Sequence record: OR062524
Strand: one strand, 5' to 3'
Source: Escherichia phage vB_EcoM_3A1_SA_NWU
Length of the DNA stretch: 64,000 nt
The notes beneath the pieces were generated by a model. It searched no databases, was not told where the DNA came from, and saw only the letters and a program-made list of their open reading frames with translations. A program made the translations under genes and the position numbers. Shown here piece by piece: positions 8,983 through 19,927 of this stretch (within the stretch, counting starts at the first letter, position 1; each line of letters begins with the position of its first letter).

Positions 8983-9684
8983 ATGGCAGCAATGACTCCA
9001 CAACAGTCGGTGAGAGCCGTCTATAAGGCAGAACAGGAAATCAACTCTACCGAGAATAAAAATACCTCGGCATCTACTGTAAAGGGTGATAATGGTTTCT
9101 GCATTTTAGCAAGTGTTTATAATAGTTCAAGTGATCAATACATTCAAAACTTTAAAGCAATTACTTTCGATTCGGTCCCTGAAGTAGGTGTAACTCGTGA
9201 GGCAGATGTTACAAGTTTTCCAGTAGAATCAGGATCGGATGTAAGTGACCACGTTCAAATAAAAAACAACAGATTTAAACTTTCAGGTATAATTACCGAA
9301 ACACCAATTCGGCTTATGCGAGATCAATTATACAGTGCAGGTGTAAATGGGGCAAGGATTTCTCAAGCAATAGAATATCTAGATCAAATATTTGAGTCAA
9401 GACAACCAATAGTTCTTTTGACAGAACATAGGACTTTTGAAAATGTTATTCTCAAAGGCTACTCTTATGATTATAAATCTGAATTTGCTATGCAATTTGA
9501 TTTAGAGTTCGAACAAATCCGTCTAGTCTCTAAAGCCACTACTAACGCTATTGCTGTAAAAACAGCACCAAATAAATCGACGGGTGGTGATGTGAAAGGT
9601 CAAGTTGCTTCGAATGGTCCTAAGTCAGATATTACAGTAAGAACTGCTGAAGCTACTAATACCCCAACAAACAACGGAGGTTAA
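8983..9684 (+). CDS. hypothetical tail/baseplate protein
   Basis: 233 aa ORF directly after tape measure; GAGG RBS. Confidence 0.45.
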   Translation: MAAMTPQQSVRAVYKAEQEINSTENKNTSASTVKGDNGFCILASVYNSSSDQYIQNFKAITFDSVPEVGVTREADVTSFPVESGSDVSDHVQIKNNRFKLSGIITETPIRLMRDQLYSAGVNGARISQAIEYLDQIFESRQPIVLLTEHRTFENVILKGYSYDYKSEFAMQFDLEFEQIRLVSKATTNAIAVKTAPNKSTGGDVKGQVASNGPKSDITVRTAEATNTPTNNGG

Positions 9685-9686
9685 TA

Positions 9687-10100
9687 GTGACAACTTATTC
9701 TAAAACAACAAGATCTACAAGTAATACAGGCTACAGTGCAGTTTATCTAGAGGACCATTCTACTTATTTTGCATGGTATCTGAAAACTGAAGAGTATCCT
9801 GATCAAACATATACAGTTACATTGGATGGAGTTGATTATGACATTCGTTTAAGGTGGAACACTAGGGACGAGTCTTGGCAATGTCAGATTGGATTATCTG
9901 GAGATGATCCAAGTATAAGTTTCAAAGTTACAAATGGTTTAGATCTTCTTAAACCTTATAAATATCTTGAAAGTGTGCCAGATGGTCAATTGTATATAGT
10001 AGATACAGTTAAGATTAATGGTCGTCCTGGGTATACAACTACAGGTCGAGATAAACGTTTTGTATTGGTTTATATTGATAACAAACCTAATCAGGCGTAA
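9687..10100 (+). CDS. hypothetical tail/baseplate protein
   Basis: 137 aa ORF in baseplate cluster. Confidence 0.45.
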   Translation: MTTYSKTTRSTSNTGYSAVYLEDHSTYFAWYLKTEEYPDQTYTVTLDGVDYDIRLRWNTRDESWQCQIGLSGDDPSISFKVTNGLDLLKPYKYLESVPDGQLYIVDTVKINGRPGYTTTGRDKRFVLVYIDNKPNQA

Positions 10101-10109
10101 GGAGATAAT

Positions 10110-11120
10110 ATGGCAGAAAGAGAGTATACAAAAGCTCCTGCCCCTAATTTAAACAGGGCATACAAATTATTAATTGGTTCTGCCACAAACACAATACAGA
10201 AGAGAACTAAGAACTCGGCATTTAAATCTACAGTAGATTTGGATACCAAGTTAGGAACAACAGAAAAATCCTCTTCTAATTTGTATTTGTTGCAAGACCA
10301 TCAAATAACCTTCAGTATTAAGAAAGATAATAACAAAGATCCTAACCAAGCAGAGATTGTAGTTTATAACCTTTCGGATGATACTGTTAACTATATAAAC
10401 CGTGGTATCCGAAATAACTTGGCTGTTGCTTTAGCGGTAGGATACGAAGGTGAAGAGTTGGTTATGGTCTTCAAAGGAACTATCCAGTGGGTTAGTGATA
10501 CTTTTGACTCGGTAGACAGGAAAACCACTTTACACTGTTTGGATGGCGGTATTAACATTGCAGAAGCAAGAACAAGCCGCAGTTATCCAAAAGGAACTAA
10601 AATCAAACGTGTTGTGACAGATTTGGTAAAGGATTTAGGAACTACAGAAGGTAATATACACGTAGATAATGATCAAACCTTATCCTCAGCAACAGCTATG
10701 TGTGGAAACACTTCACATTACCTAGAACATATTTGTAAAAGTATTGATCACAATGTGTCAATACAAGATGGATCTGTTTATGTCACTCCTCGTTCACAAA
10801 TGTCTAGTGCACGTAGCGCCTACATTAGCCCTGAAACTGGTCTGATAGGAAGTCCAGAACCATTCCACAACGATATAAAACCTACTAAAAAAGTTACCAA
10901 GTCATCTAAGAAGGCAAAGAAACCTACAGATGGTGTTAAATTCAAATGCCAAATGAATGGTGCAATATTACCAGAAAAAACAATCTGGTTAAAAAGCCGA
11001 GATTATGATGGTCCATTTAAAGTTGTTTCTGTTTCTCACAATGGTGATAAAGAGGGTAAAGAGTGGGTTACTGAAGTGGAGTGTGTATCCGTGTCTGAAA
11101 TAATGACTAAGGAGAAATAA
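10110..11120 (+). CDS. baseplate/tail protein (gpD/Mu P-like position, putative)
   Basis: 336 aa; gene order after tape measure typical of contractile-tail baseplate hub genes. Confidence 0.4.
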   Translation: MAEREYTKAPAPNLNRAYKLLIGSATNTIQKRTKNSAFKSTVDLDTKLGTTEKSSSNLYLLQDHQITFSIKKDNNKDPNQAEIVVYNLSDDTVNYINRGIRNNLAVALAVGYEGEELVMVFKGTIQWVSDTFDSVDRKTTLHCLDGGINIAEARTSRSYPKGTKIKRVVTDLVKDLGTTEGNIHVDNDQTLSSATAMCGNTSHYLEHICKSIDHNVSIQDGSVYVTPRSQMSSARSAYISPETGLIGSPEPFHNDIKPTKKVTKSSKKAKKPTDGVKFKCQMNGAILPEKTIWLKSRDYDGPFKVVSVSHNGDKEGKEWVTEVECVSVSEIMTKEK

Positions 11121-11854
11121 TGGATGCATTAAATTTTGTCACAGCAATGCGTGGCTTAATGACAGAACAATTAGCAGAAGTCCATACAGCCCTGCCAGTC
11201 CGTGTGACTGGCGTTAATTATGGTGCTAAAACTGTCACTTTAGAATCTATTGTTAAAAACACACGATCTAGTGAAGATGAAATAGATTACCCTACTTTTG
11301 AAGATGTTCCTTTTATGGTTAATGGGGGTGGGACAGGAAGAATCTCATTCCCTATTAAAGCTGGCGATTTAGGAACTGTTATATTTTCTGAAAGAGATCC
11401 TTCTAATGCACTGCAAACTAGTGGAGAAACCTCTTCATCATCCACTTTTATGCAGCCTTGTGGATTATACCCTATTTGTTTTATTCCCAAAATAGCTACA
11501 GGAACAGATTCAACAGAAGCTGTAGATTCTGAAAAGGTAGTTATTTCTAATAACAAAAACACGTACGCTTCTTTCGACCCTACAGGTAATATTTCAATAT
11601 GGAATAGTCAAGGGATGAAAATAGATATTACTACCTCTGGTATTACTATTACAGATGGCACAGGGACTTTGGATCTAAAAGGTGGTAATTTAACTTTCAA
11701 AGGCGGCGTGGCAGATATCAATGGTCTTAAAATAGATCAGAACGGTTTGATGACAGATGGTAATGGCATCGGATTCCATACTCACACGCACACGGTTCGT
11801 AACATTCAGAGCGGTAGCTCAAGTGCCGAGTCCTTAAAACCAACAGGAGCCTAA
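11120..11854 (+). CDS. baseplate spike-like protein (putative)
   Basis: 244 aa; position consistent with spike/hub gene; start overlaps previous stop. Confidence 0.35.
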   Translation: MDALNFVTAMRGLMTEQLAEVHTALPVRVTGVNYGAKTVTLESIVKNTRSSEDEIDYPTFEDVPFMVNGGGTGRISFPIKAGDLGTVIFSERDPSNALQTSGETSSSSTFMQPCGLYPICFIPKIATGTDSTEAVDSEKVVISNNKNTYASFDPTGNISIWNSQGMKIDITTSGITITDGTGTLDLKGGNLTFKGGVADINGLKIDQNGLMTDGNGIGFHTHTHTVRNIQSGSSSAESLKPTGA

Positions 11855-11855
11855 C

Positions 11856-12482
11856 ATGGGAATCCCTTTTGACTTAAAACTTGGACCAAACAACGACCTC
11901 ATCATGGATGATGGGGATTTGGTCCTCACTACAACCAGAACAGAAATTGCAGCACAAACTCTTGGGATAACTCTGAACACGTATCGTGGGGAGTGGTTTT
12001 TAAATACTAACTTCGGTGTTCCTTACTTACAAGAGATTATTGGTGTTGCTAGAAAGAAAGATATTGTAGACAGAATATTTTTAGCAGAGATTGCCAAAAA
12101 CGTTTACATAGATACAATAAACAGTTATAAATCTGCTTATGACATGGATCAACGTTATTACTCAATGACAGTTATGGTCACAGTTGGAGCAGATACAGTA
12201 ACATCTATATTCAATACTCAACCTTCTGAAGAGTTTATTTACCCTGAAGCTGGTGAAGACAATGCAGCGATCATTTGTGAAGCTTACAGTATTGTTGAGA
12301 ATTCGAATAGACTTTATCGCTTTATCAACTTTGTTGGTTTGCCACGTGATACCTACTCTACTTGGTGGAATGAATGGTCTACAGAGTCAGCAGTGGAAAG
12401 AATCATGGTTAACGAAAAAGGTGATGCATTAGCTACAAACAATAATTTCGGTATAACAGCTATGACAGGAGTAGAAGAGTAA
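11856..12482 (+). CDS. baseplate protein (putative)
   Basis: 208 aa ORF in baseplate cluster. Confidence 0.35.
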   Translation: MGIPFDLKLGPNNDLIMDDGDLVLTTTRTEIAAQTLGITLNTYRGEWFLNTNFGVPYLQEIIGVARKKDIVDRIFLAEIAKNVYIDTINSYKSAYDMDQRYYSMTVMVTVGADTVTSIFNTQPSEEFIYPEAGEDNAAIICEAYSIVENSNRLYRFINFVGLPRDTYSTWWNEWSTESAVERIMVNEKGDALATNNNFGITAMTGVEE

Positions 12483-12955
12483 TGGCAGATTTAACTACGA
12501 TCAAAATTTCTGATCTTACACAAACAACCTCTGTGTCTGATACAGATTTCTTTGTAACAGATCAGGCTGGAATAACAAAGAAAACTTCTTTGAAAGTGCT
12601 GTTGAGTGGTGCAGGGGTAACTAGAAACCGTCTGAATGCACGGGGAACAGTAACTAGCACCTTGGCATTAGATATTAGTTCGGCAGAATATTTTTCAGCA
12701 ACTTTATCTTCTGCAACGTGCACAATTAGTTTTACTAATATTCCAGTAGCAACAAATGCAGTTTTAAACTTTACTTTAGCTTTGCGTCAAGGAAGTGGTG
12801 CAAATAAAGTCGTATGGCCTTCTTCTGTAAAATGGAGTTTTGGTCGTTCCCCAGTTTTGAGTTATCGTCAAGGTGCAACAGACACTTTTGAGTTTATCAG
12901 TTATGATAATGGAGCAACTTGGACAGGTAGCTTAGTTTTAGCAGGAGTTATTTAA
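12482..12955 (+). CDS. hypothetical baseplate/tail fiber-associated protein
   Basis: 157 aa ORF, ATGA overlap with flanking genes. Confidence 0.4.
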   Translation: MADLTTIKISDLTQTTSVSDTDFFVTDQAGITKKTSLKVLLSGAGVTRNRLNARGTVTSTLALDISSAEYFSATLSSATCTISFTNIPVATNAVLNFTLALRQGSGANKVVWPSSVKWSFGRSPVLSYRQGATDTFEFISYDNGATWTGSLVLAGVI

Positions 12956-15831
12956 TGTCAAGAGTTAAGCACAATATTGACAACACGTTTCAGTTGATTG
13001 AAGGGTTGGTTCAGTTTTTGGAAAGAAATACTGGGCTTACCATAGATCCTACGGTTCAGCATTACATTATCAACCCACAAAACGTATTGGCGAACAACAG
13101 ACACTTTATTAACTGGACAGCGCAGGAAGGGCAACCAAACGGTGACGCTACTACCGAAGGTCAATCTGTGCTTATCACTGGTTTTGCTTATGCATATTTG
13201 GCTACAGGGGATAAAAAATATCTTGAATCTGCCGAGAAGTATTGGCAAGCCTATATAGATCACTTCTTCGGGGGCCAACCTATTCCTGATCCTCCGGCTA
13301 AATATCGTCCCAACTGGATCATCAATGGTAAAGAACCACGTTTAGCACATTACCCTCTCACAGATGATGGGTATCCTACGCACGGTGGGTTCAAAGGTAG
13401 CATGATGACTTGGATTAACGGAAGGACTGTTATTCCTAAAGGTGCGCCACACTGGGGAGAATACTTAGATAAAGCTTGGTTTGCTTTCAATGGTAATCTT
13501 GGTTGGAACTCTGTTAACGCAACAGTGTATGCAACTAACCCAGATGGTTCAACCAACTGGAAAGAATATGGAGATCAGTGGGACGTTGAATGGATTATAG
13601 ACCGTCTAGGACGTAAAGTTGATTGGGATGGTAACATTTTATCTACTGGTCATAGCTTTGCAGAATATGGAACAGTGCAACTTAAAAACGCTTCTGTGAA
13701 CGGTGACTATAAATTCAACTACGCTACATGCAACCCTGTAGAACACGGTGGGTATCTACTTAAACGTAATGAGATGTGGCATAACCGTCCTGTAAACGTT
13801 CCGGTAGAGTTAGGTTATCAAGATAATGCTTCCGATGCTGAAACGTGGTGGTGTGATGCAAACTACTTGATGTATCAGATCACAGGAGAGAGAAAATACT
13901 GGCTTTGCTGGCAATCTTCTTTATTGTTGTGTCAAGACTACTCAAACATCGATATGTTTGATAAATTCTTCCGTAGATCTACGACAGCAATAATTCCTTT
14001 TACAGATGGTATCTCGTATGATTACTCATACCCATCTACAGCAATACCTAAATATTCTCGTGACGAATTAGGATACACAGTAATTCGCCAAGATGTTTCA
14101 GCACAAACAACTCTAGAACAACAGGCAGTTTGGTTCAGAGTAGATCAGAATTCAAAACTGTGTATTGAGTTTCAAGGTGTAGATGATGCAGGGGAAGGTG
14201 TTCTTTTCCGTCCAGAGCTAGAATTAAGCAAAACTAAGAGTGAAACAGACACAGTGACATATCGTTGTGGCTTACCTCTTGGTGCAGCTAATATGACTAA
14301 GATGGATATACCTTTATCTAGTTTTATGCGCACCGAACCTCCTGGAGGTGGTGTATATATTATTGCTGAACCCAGAATTATTGTTGACTGGGGAAGCAAT
14401 ACTGTGATACAATATAAATATGCAACTGGTATTGCTGGGACAAATAGTGATCAGATAGTTTCTGCTAATATGGATTCAGATGGTGGTTTTACTGTTGGGT
14501 TTTGGTTAACACCAACTAAAACAGCCAATTTAAAATCTATTACGTATCGTTCATACACAGATGATTTTAACATCACTATTACGGATTCCGCAGGTTGGAG
14601 ATGGTGGGCCATGTTAGAAAAAACAAATTCTGCATGGGTTACTAAAGCTTTAAGTCCTGCCGATTTCAAATTAAGTACTTGGCAACCTAATCACGAAGAC
14701 ACAGAGGCAAAACCTTCGTCAATAAACCTGACTGCTGTTGATCAGATCAATATTGCATTGGATTCTGAACCTGCAAATGGCTTAACAGGGGCAATCGATT
14801 TTTATTGCGTTAACGATATCCCATCTTTGTATTCTTCAGCCACTGGTGATGATTACACAATGTATTTCAGGGTTACAGTTTCATCTGAAAATCCTTATAC
14901 AGCAAAACTTGGAGATTGTACAATACTGGACTACAAACTTAACAGTTTGAATTATACTCCAGGAATCATTCCATTTTCCAATATCAGTGATCCTAACACA
15001 GCCTTATATGACGGTTGGCGTGGTATTCCTTACCCAGGTTATCAATACCCATCCTTATATTGTTTTAAAGGGAGAGATATTGATTGGGTTCGTATGAACA
15101 ACAGTATAGACTTTTTATATGATTCACAAATGTGGTTTTATAATAAGTTTGCTCCTGTGATGCCTGGACCAATGGCACAAGCTTATGTTTGGGATCGTTG
15201 GGATGCTCATAAATATGGAAACAAAAATGAGTTCACAATGTATCATTGGAACGATAAAGCTTGGGATGGTTATGAAGCACGAGCATTCTTCTGTGCGTGT
15301 CATACGGTATACGAACTAAAGCGACGAGGAGCCGAAGTTCCTGAAAAACTTTTAACAGTTTGTAAAAACTGGATCAACTACCTGAAGTGGTTCCAAGATA
15401 ACAACGAAGGAAGAACACCAACAATATTTTATCCCAACGGAGAAGTGGCTGCGCCTGTAGATGACTTTACAAGTCACATGTCTGCGCTCTTTATGGCGGG
15501 ATGTGCTATAATGGGGATGGCTGGATATGATTCAGAAATCCCTAACATTAAAATAGTAGCAGACCGCTGTTTTGAACTTATTCAGGAAAACTATATTGTT
15601 CTTGGTCCTAATCACGTTATGAATGGTTGTTGGAGTGCTGCTCCTAGACCAGACAGTGATAACGGAGTCTTCTTTGGCTTCCACGCTGGAGAGTTGTTAC
15701 GTGGTTTTGGGTTGTATGCTTTATACAAAAAACTTAATCCCCAAAATGCATTACCTGTTTTGGATTCGAGCAATATTCCTGCACTTACTGTTTTGACAAT
15801 GGCAAACATTAGTGTGGACGTTACCGAGTAA
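12955..15831 (+). CDS. large structural protein of unknown function
   Basis: 958 aa Trp/Tyr-rich ORF inside baseplate cluster; no motif recognised. Confidence 0.5.
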   Translation: MSRVKHNIDNTFQLIEGLVQFLERNTGLTIDPTVQHYIINPQNVLANNRHFINWTAQEGQPNGDATTEGQSVLITGFAYAYLATGDKKYLESAEKYWQAYIDHFFGGQPIPDPPAKYRPNWIINGKEPRLAHYPLTDDGYPTHGGFKGSMMTWINGRTVIPKGAPHWGEYLDKAWFAFNGNLGWNSVNATVYATNPDGSTNWKEYGDQWDVEWIIDRLGRKVDWDGNILSTGHSFAEYGTVQLKNASVNGDYKFNYATCNPVEHGGYLLKRNEMWHNRPVNVPVELGYQDNASDAETWWCDANYLMYQITGERKYWLCWQSSLLLCQDYSNIDMFDKFFRRSTTAIIPFTDGISYDYSYPSTAIPKYSRDELGYTVIRQDVSAQTTLEQQAVWFRVDQNSKLCIEFQGVDDAGEGVLFRPELELSKTKSETDTVTYRCGLPLGAANMTKMDIPLSSFMRTEPPGGGVYIIAEPRIIVDWGSNTVIQYKYATGIAGTNSDQIVSANMDSDGGFTVGFWLTPTKTANLKSITYRSYTDDFNITITDSAGWRWWAMLEKTNSAWVTKALSPADFKLSTWQPNHEDTEAKPSSINLTAVDQINIALDSEPANGLTGAIDFYCVNDIPSLYSSATGDDYTMYFRVTVSSENPYTAKLGDCTILDYKLNSLNYTPGIIPFSNISDPNTALYDGWRGIPYPGYQYPSLYCFKGRDIDWVRMNNSIDFLYDSQMWFYNKFAPVMPGPMAQAYVWDRWDAHKYGNKNEFTMYHWNDKAWDGYEARAFFCACHTVYELKRRGAEVPEKLLTVCKNWINYLKWFQDNNEGRTPTIFYPNGEVAAPVDDFTSHMSALFMAGCAIMGMAGYDSEIPNIKIVADRCFELIQENYIVLGPNHVMNGCWSAAPRPDSDNGVFFGFHAGELLRGFGLYALYKKLNPQNALPVLDSSNIPALTVLTMANISVDVTE

Positions 15832-15839
15832 GGGGTAAA

Positions 15840-17993
15840 ATGAAACAAGCTATATTTACTGTCACGCGAGACAAGAGAGTAAATGCGAGTTCATTTAACT
15901 ACACGACTGTTGACGGAACAGCAGTCGCTGGTAGAGATTATATTGCAAAATCGGGAACACTTGTGTTCCCTGATGATGCTGATTCTGCTACTATTGTGGT
16001 TGAAGTATTTGAACGACCAAAGAACTCAATAGATCTTAACTTCTCCCTCCAAGTTTCAGGGATTAGTCAAAATAACATGATGGTTGAAACAACCATCAAT
16101 TGTATTATAACTACTATCCAAGAAAATACTACTCCAATAACTTGGACTACAAAAGACGTTAAAATGTTCTCTCCTATGTATTGGACAATAGATTCTCAAG
16201 CAACGGAAAGTTGTTCTATTGTATCTCATGGAGACTCTTTTACTGCAAGATTTGTAAACAGAACAACAGCAGGTTTGGCAGGGGTTATCTGGAGTACAGT
16301 TGACAAATATGACCATAAAGGTGTTGGGTATTTGCCTCACACAGATTTAAGTTCAGAGAAACTTTGGTTTAAAATGGAAATTAGTCAAAACATGCCAGGT
16401 TTTAAAGAAGAACCTTTGGTGCCGACTTTGACTGTAACTCTCCTGGATAAAAGTGTTCATTATGTCAGTTTAGGATTCTACGCTTCAGATATTTCAGAAG
16501 ATGGTAAAACAGCCACAATAAAGTTAGATTTTGGTAATATCTTTTCTGGCCCTAATAATGATATTCCTTTGGATATGAGTGCTGTAGATAATATTTTCTT
16601 CTCTTTGATTACAGCAAGGTATGAAGAAATAGAAGAGGTTGTACCTATTGGCAGTCAAGAGGCTTGGTTTACTTTCACTCTTCTTGAACCTACCTCTGGT
16701 TATAGTATGATGAAAGTCAGCAACCTTGTCCAGCCTGAACATGATATTCGCATGTGCACATCTTATGATGATATGTATAACCTGACTCCAGAGAGAGTTA
16801 TTTATAATACATATGCACTAGGTTATCGTGGAATGATTAACCATTACAACGGAATGTCTCACTATTATGAGTTCTCATGGAACGGAACATCTTGGGCTTT
16901 AAATAGATCTGTCTTCCTGAATCCAGCTACAGAAGCTTGGCTAAATAGTTTCCATTCTATAGCGAACGAGAAGGGTTACACAATAATGAACTCTTTAAGT
17001 TTTGAGTTGATGAGCACAGTTTGTCCTGTTGAATGGGTCCAGCATGATTGGAACGATGCTCTTGCAGCAACAGGGTATAAGCCTCCTAGTTACGTGTTGT
17101 CTCCAACTATTGACGAAGGCATGGAATATTTGCAAAATGTTATTAACAAAATAGCATCTATTTCTCAAGCTAACAATATTCCAGTCGTCATTCAAATTGG
17201 TGAACCTTGGTGGTGGTATAATACAGCAAGTAAAATGCCTTGTATATATGATTACACTACCAAACTAGCATTCAATACAGAAACAGGCTTATTTGCACAA
17301 GATGCAGGAACAATAGATAATTATAAAACAGGAACACCGTTTGACGAATACTATGCATTTTTGTCTCGTAAACTAGGATTAAGAGTTACAAAGTTTGCAA
17401 TAGACACTAGAGCAACTTATCCAGGAGCTAAAGTAACATTGCTTCCGTTCTTACCGTCAATTATTGGCAACGGTTTGATGGAGAAAGTTAACTTTCCGTC
17501 TGATTACTACATTCCTGAAACTTTTGATTTTTACTGTTCAGAGTGTTACGACTGGCTTCTGGAAGGTAAAATGATGAAAGCATTCGATGCAATTACCATA
17601 CCACATGAAAAATTAGGTTTTGAGTATTCTGATATTCACTATCTTTCGGGTTTTGTTCCAGATGCTACTCTTGCACCTTTGTATGGCTTCGATCCTGAAT
17701 CAAACTACCGTACGTATCTTTGGAAAATGATTATAGGTAATATAGTGTTGAACGCCAATAAGTTCAATGGGCTTACACAATATATATGGGCCTATCCTCA
17801 AATAATGCATGATTCCATCACGGTAGTTAATTCTCAATCCCAAGTTTTCTATATGGGTAATGTGCCTTTGAATTGTTATTTGCAAGATATCACTCTTAAA
17901 CAAGCAAATGTTGAGATTGCTACCATAAGTGGAATTACATTAGCTACTAAATCTGGAGAAGATTTAGTAACAACACAAAAATTTTATATATAG
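15840..17993 (+). CDS. structural protein with N-terminal Calx-beta-like domain
   Basis: 717 aa; N-terminus ...YTTVDGTAVAGRDYIAKSGTLVFPDDADSATIVVEVFE... matches Calx-beta signature. Confidence 0.55.
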   Translation: MKQAIFTVTRDKRVNASSFNYTTVDGTAVAGRDYIAKSGTLVFPDDADSATIVVEVFERPKNSIDLNFSLQVSGISQNNMMVETTINCIITTIQENTTPITWTTKDVKMFSPMYWTIDSQATESCSIVSHGDSFTARFVNRTTAGLAGVIWSTVDKYDHKGVGYLPHTDLSSEKLWFKMEISQNMPGFKEEPLVPTLTVTLLDKSVHYVSLGFYASDISEDGKTATIKLDFGNIFSGPNNDIPLDMSAVDNIFFSLITARYEEIEEVVPIGSQEAWFTFTLLEPTSGYSMMKVSNLVQPEHDIRMCTSYDDMYNLTPERVIYNTYALGYRGMINHYNGMSHYYEFSWNGTSWALNRSVFLNPATEAWLNSFHSIANEKGYTIMNSLSFELMSTVCPVEWVQHDWNDALAATGYKPPSYVLSPTIDEGMEYLQNVINKIASISQANNIPVVIQIGEPWWWYNTASKMPCIYDYTTKLAFNTETGLFAQDAGTIDNYKTGTPFDEYYAFLSRKLGLRVTKFAIDTRATYPGAKVTLLPFLPSIIGNGLMEKVNFPSDYYIPETFDFYCSECYDWLLEGKMMKAFDAITIPHEKLGFEYSDIHYLSGFVPDATLAPLYGFDPESNYRTYLWKMIIGNIVLNANKFNGLTQYIWAYPQIMHDSITVVNSQSQVFYMGNVPLNCYLQDITLKQANVEIATISGITLATKSGEDLVTTQKFYI

Positions 17994-18001
17994 GAGTAAA
18001 A

Positions 18002-19858
18002 ATGTCAACTACAATTACTAATTTACCCGAAACATCAAAAGTTAATGATTCTGATTACCTGGTTTTAGACCAACCTGATAAGACTGTTAAAAGCACAGTT
18101 TCCAACTTTCTTACTGACACTGGGGTGGTTTTAGCCACCCAGTTGAAAGATACAGATGGAGCAGATTTAATAGGACATAGAAACGCTACGGTTGGCACTA
18201 CTCTGGATTCAATTGCAGTCCACTCAGATCAATTTTCTACTATTCAGGAATGGGCATCATACCCAGCAAAGCACAAAACTTTAGCAGGCGGAACATATAC
18301 TCTGGACTCTACTCTTAGTGTGGAATGTGAATCACTGACCACTGAGGGTGTAGTCACTATAAATGCTTCTGGTTCATTCATCGCTATGTACTTTGGTACA
18401 AATCAGCGAGATTTACTAACCACTATTAGCTCTAATATTTCAAAAGGAATAACCAGTCTCTCTGTTGATGGTGTTCAGGAAGGAGATACTCTATGCTTTT
18501 ATAATCCTTCGGATTTTTCATGGTCTGGATACCGTAATTATTATCGTAGTGGAGAGTTTGTTAAGGTTGTTAGGTATTCGAATGGGATTGCATACTTCAA
18601 TGGGGGAACTAAAGCCGAATACCCATCAGGAACTCAAGTTTATAAACTAAAAACAAAAAAAGTTTCTGTCAGTGGGACTTTTATATTTAATTTTCCTTCA
18701 TATGATAAAACCGCCATGGGCATGCAATTCGAGCAGATAGCTGATAGTAACTTTGACAATCTCGTTGTCACATCTCACACTGCACCTTATGCTGCTCAGT
18801 TTAAACGTTGTTTCAATCTTACTGGCAAGGGAATGCGTCTTACACAGGAGTCTCCTTCTGTAAGTTTTGGCTTAGAATATGGCTGCTATATCTGCAATAG
18901 CCAGAATATTGATTTTGAAGGTATATTCTGTGCGGAGCGACACGCAGTAACTGTGACTGGTAATAATGAAATTTGCGGTATTGTTAACCGATCTATTAGT
19001 GTTAACGCCAGTGGTGGAGGTGCAATCATGACTACTGGACAGGGTGGGGTAGCGGCAGCAGACTGGCACGGAAACACCGAGAAGTGTAGGTATGGTGGAT
19101 ATATTCAGGGTCTTGCTTGTGGGGGTTCTAAAAACAGTGCATCTGGTGCCCATATTGACCACATACCTAATACTCCGGCATGGCCTAACATACTTGCTAC
19201 GGAACTGAAATCAATAGAGTTTGATTTAAGTGATATCCATGTTACCGGGGTGGGTGATCCATCTTCAGTGAACAGAGGTTGTATTGACTTTGGTGGTAAC
19301 TCTACCGCATTCGGAACTAATACCGTAGATCCTGGAACGCTGAACCTTTCGGGGGCCGTTATTGATTCTCCTGCAAGCGTATTGATTGAGATAAGAAACA
19401 GGGGTTCAGTAGCTGCTCACACCATAAATCTTAATGGAGTTACCGCCAATGCAGAGAGCGGTAAGCACACAGTCAGGATTGCGCCGGTTGGGGATGGTAT
19501 TTCTCCTTCAGATGTTTACATGGCAGGGTTTAAGATGCCTGCTGGTAGTATCTCACAGATAAACAATTTAGCATCAGTAAACGTACATGGGGTGTCCAAA
19601 AAAGGTAGATCTTCTATAACCATACCAAGTGGGTCCAGTTCTGCGGAGTTAACTATTCCTCTCGATTCTACTGTACTTGGTGCACCGAAATCGGTTCAAT
19701 TCAACCAGTCTGGTCTTGTTCCAGCATCGCAAGCAAGGGTTGTATTCTCTGAACGGACTTCGTCATCAACCGAGTTACGGGTTATCGTGGCGACAGCTAA
19801 CGGCAATACACTCTCAGCGGACCTTACTATACCGTTCTCATGGCGTGCAGATTGGTAA
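18002..19858 (+). CDS. tail spike/fiber-like protein (putative)
   Basis: 618 aa, Gly/Ser/Thr/Asn-rich repetitive beta-strand-like sequence. Confidence 0.4.
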   Translation: MSTTITNLPETSKVNDSDYLVLDQPDKTVKSTVSNFLTDTGVVLATQLKDTDGADLIGHRNATVGTTLDSIAVHSDQFSTIQEWASYPAKHKTLAGGTYTLDSTLSVECESLTTEGVVTINASGSFIAMYFGTNQRDLLTTISSNISKGITSLSVDGVQEGDTLCFYNPSDFSWSGYRNYYRSGEFVKVVRYSNGIAYFNGGTKAEYPSGTQVYKLKTKKVSVSGTFIFNFPSYDKTAMGMQFEQIADSNFDNLVVTSHTAPYAAQFKRCFNLTGKGMRLTQESPSVSFGLEYGCYICNSQNIDFEGIFCAERHAVTVTGNNEICGIVNRSISVNASGGGAIMTTGQGGVAAADWHGNTEKCRYGGYIQGLACGGSKNSASGAHIDHIPNTPAWPNILATELKSIEFDLSDIHVTGVGDPSSVNRGCIDFGGNSTAFGTNTVDPGTLNLSGAVIDSPASVLIEIRNRGSVAAHTINLNGVTANAESGKHTVRIAPVGDGISPSDVYMAGFKMPAGSISQINNLASVNVHGVSKKGRSSITIPSGSSSAELTIPLDSTVLGAPKSVQFNQSGLVPASQARVVFSERTSSSTELRVIVATANGNTLSADLTIPFSWRADW

Positions 19859-19877
19859 ATATTTATACTAAAAACTA

Positions 19878-19900
19878 AGGCCTCAAACTGGGCCTTTATT
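19878..19900 (+). terminator. terminator-like hairpin
   Basis: aggcc-tcaaactg-ggcct followed by ttatttat. Confidence 0.4.
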
Positions 19901-19927
19901 TATACATATAAGTAAGGAGAACGCACC

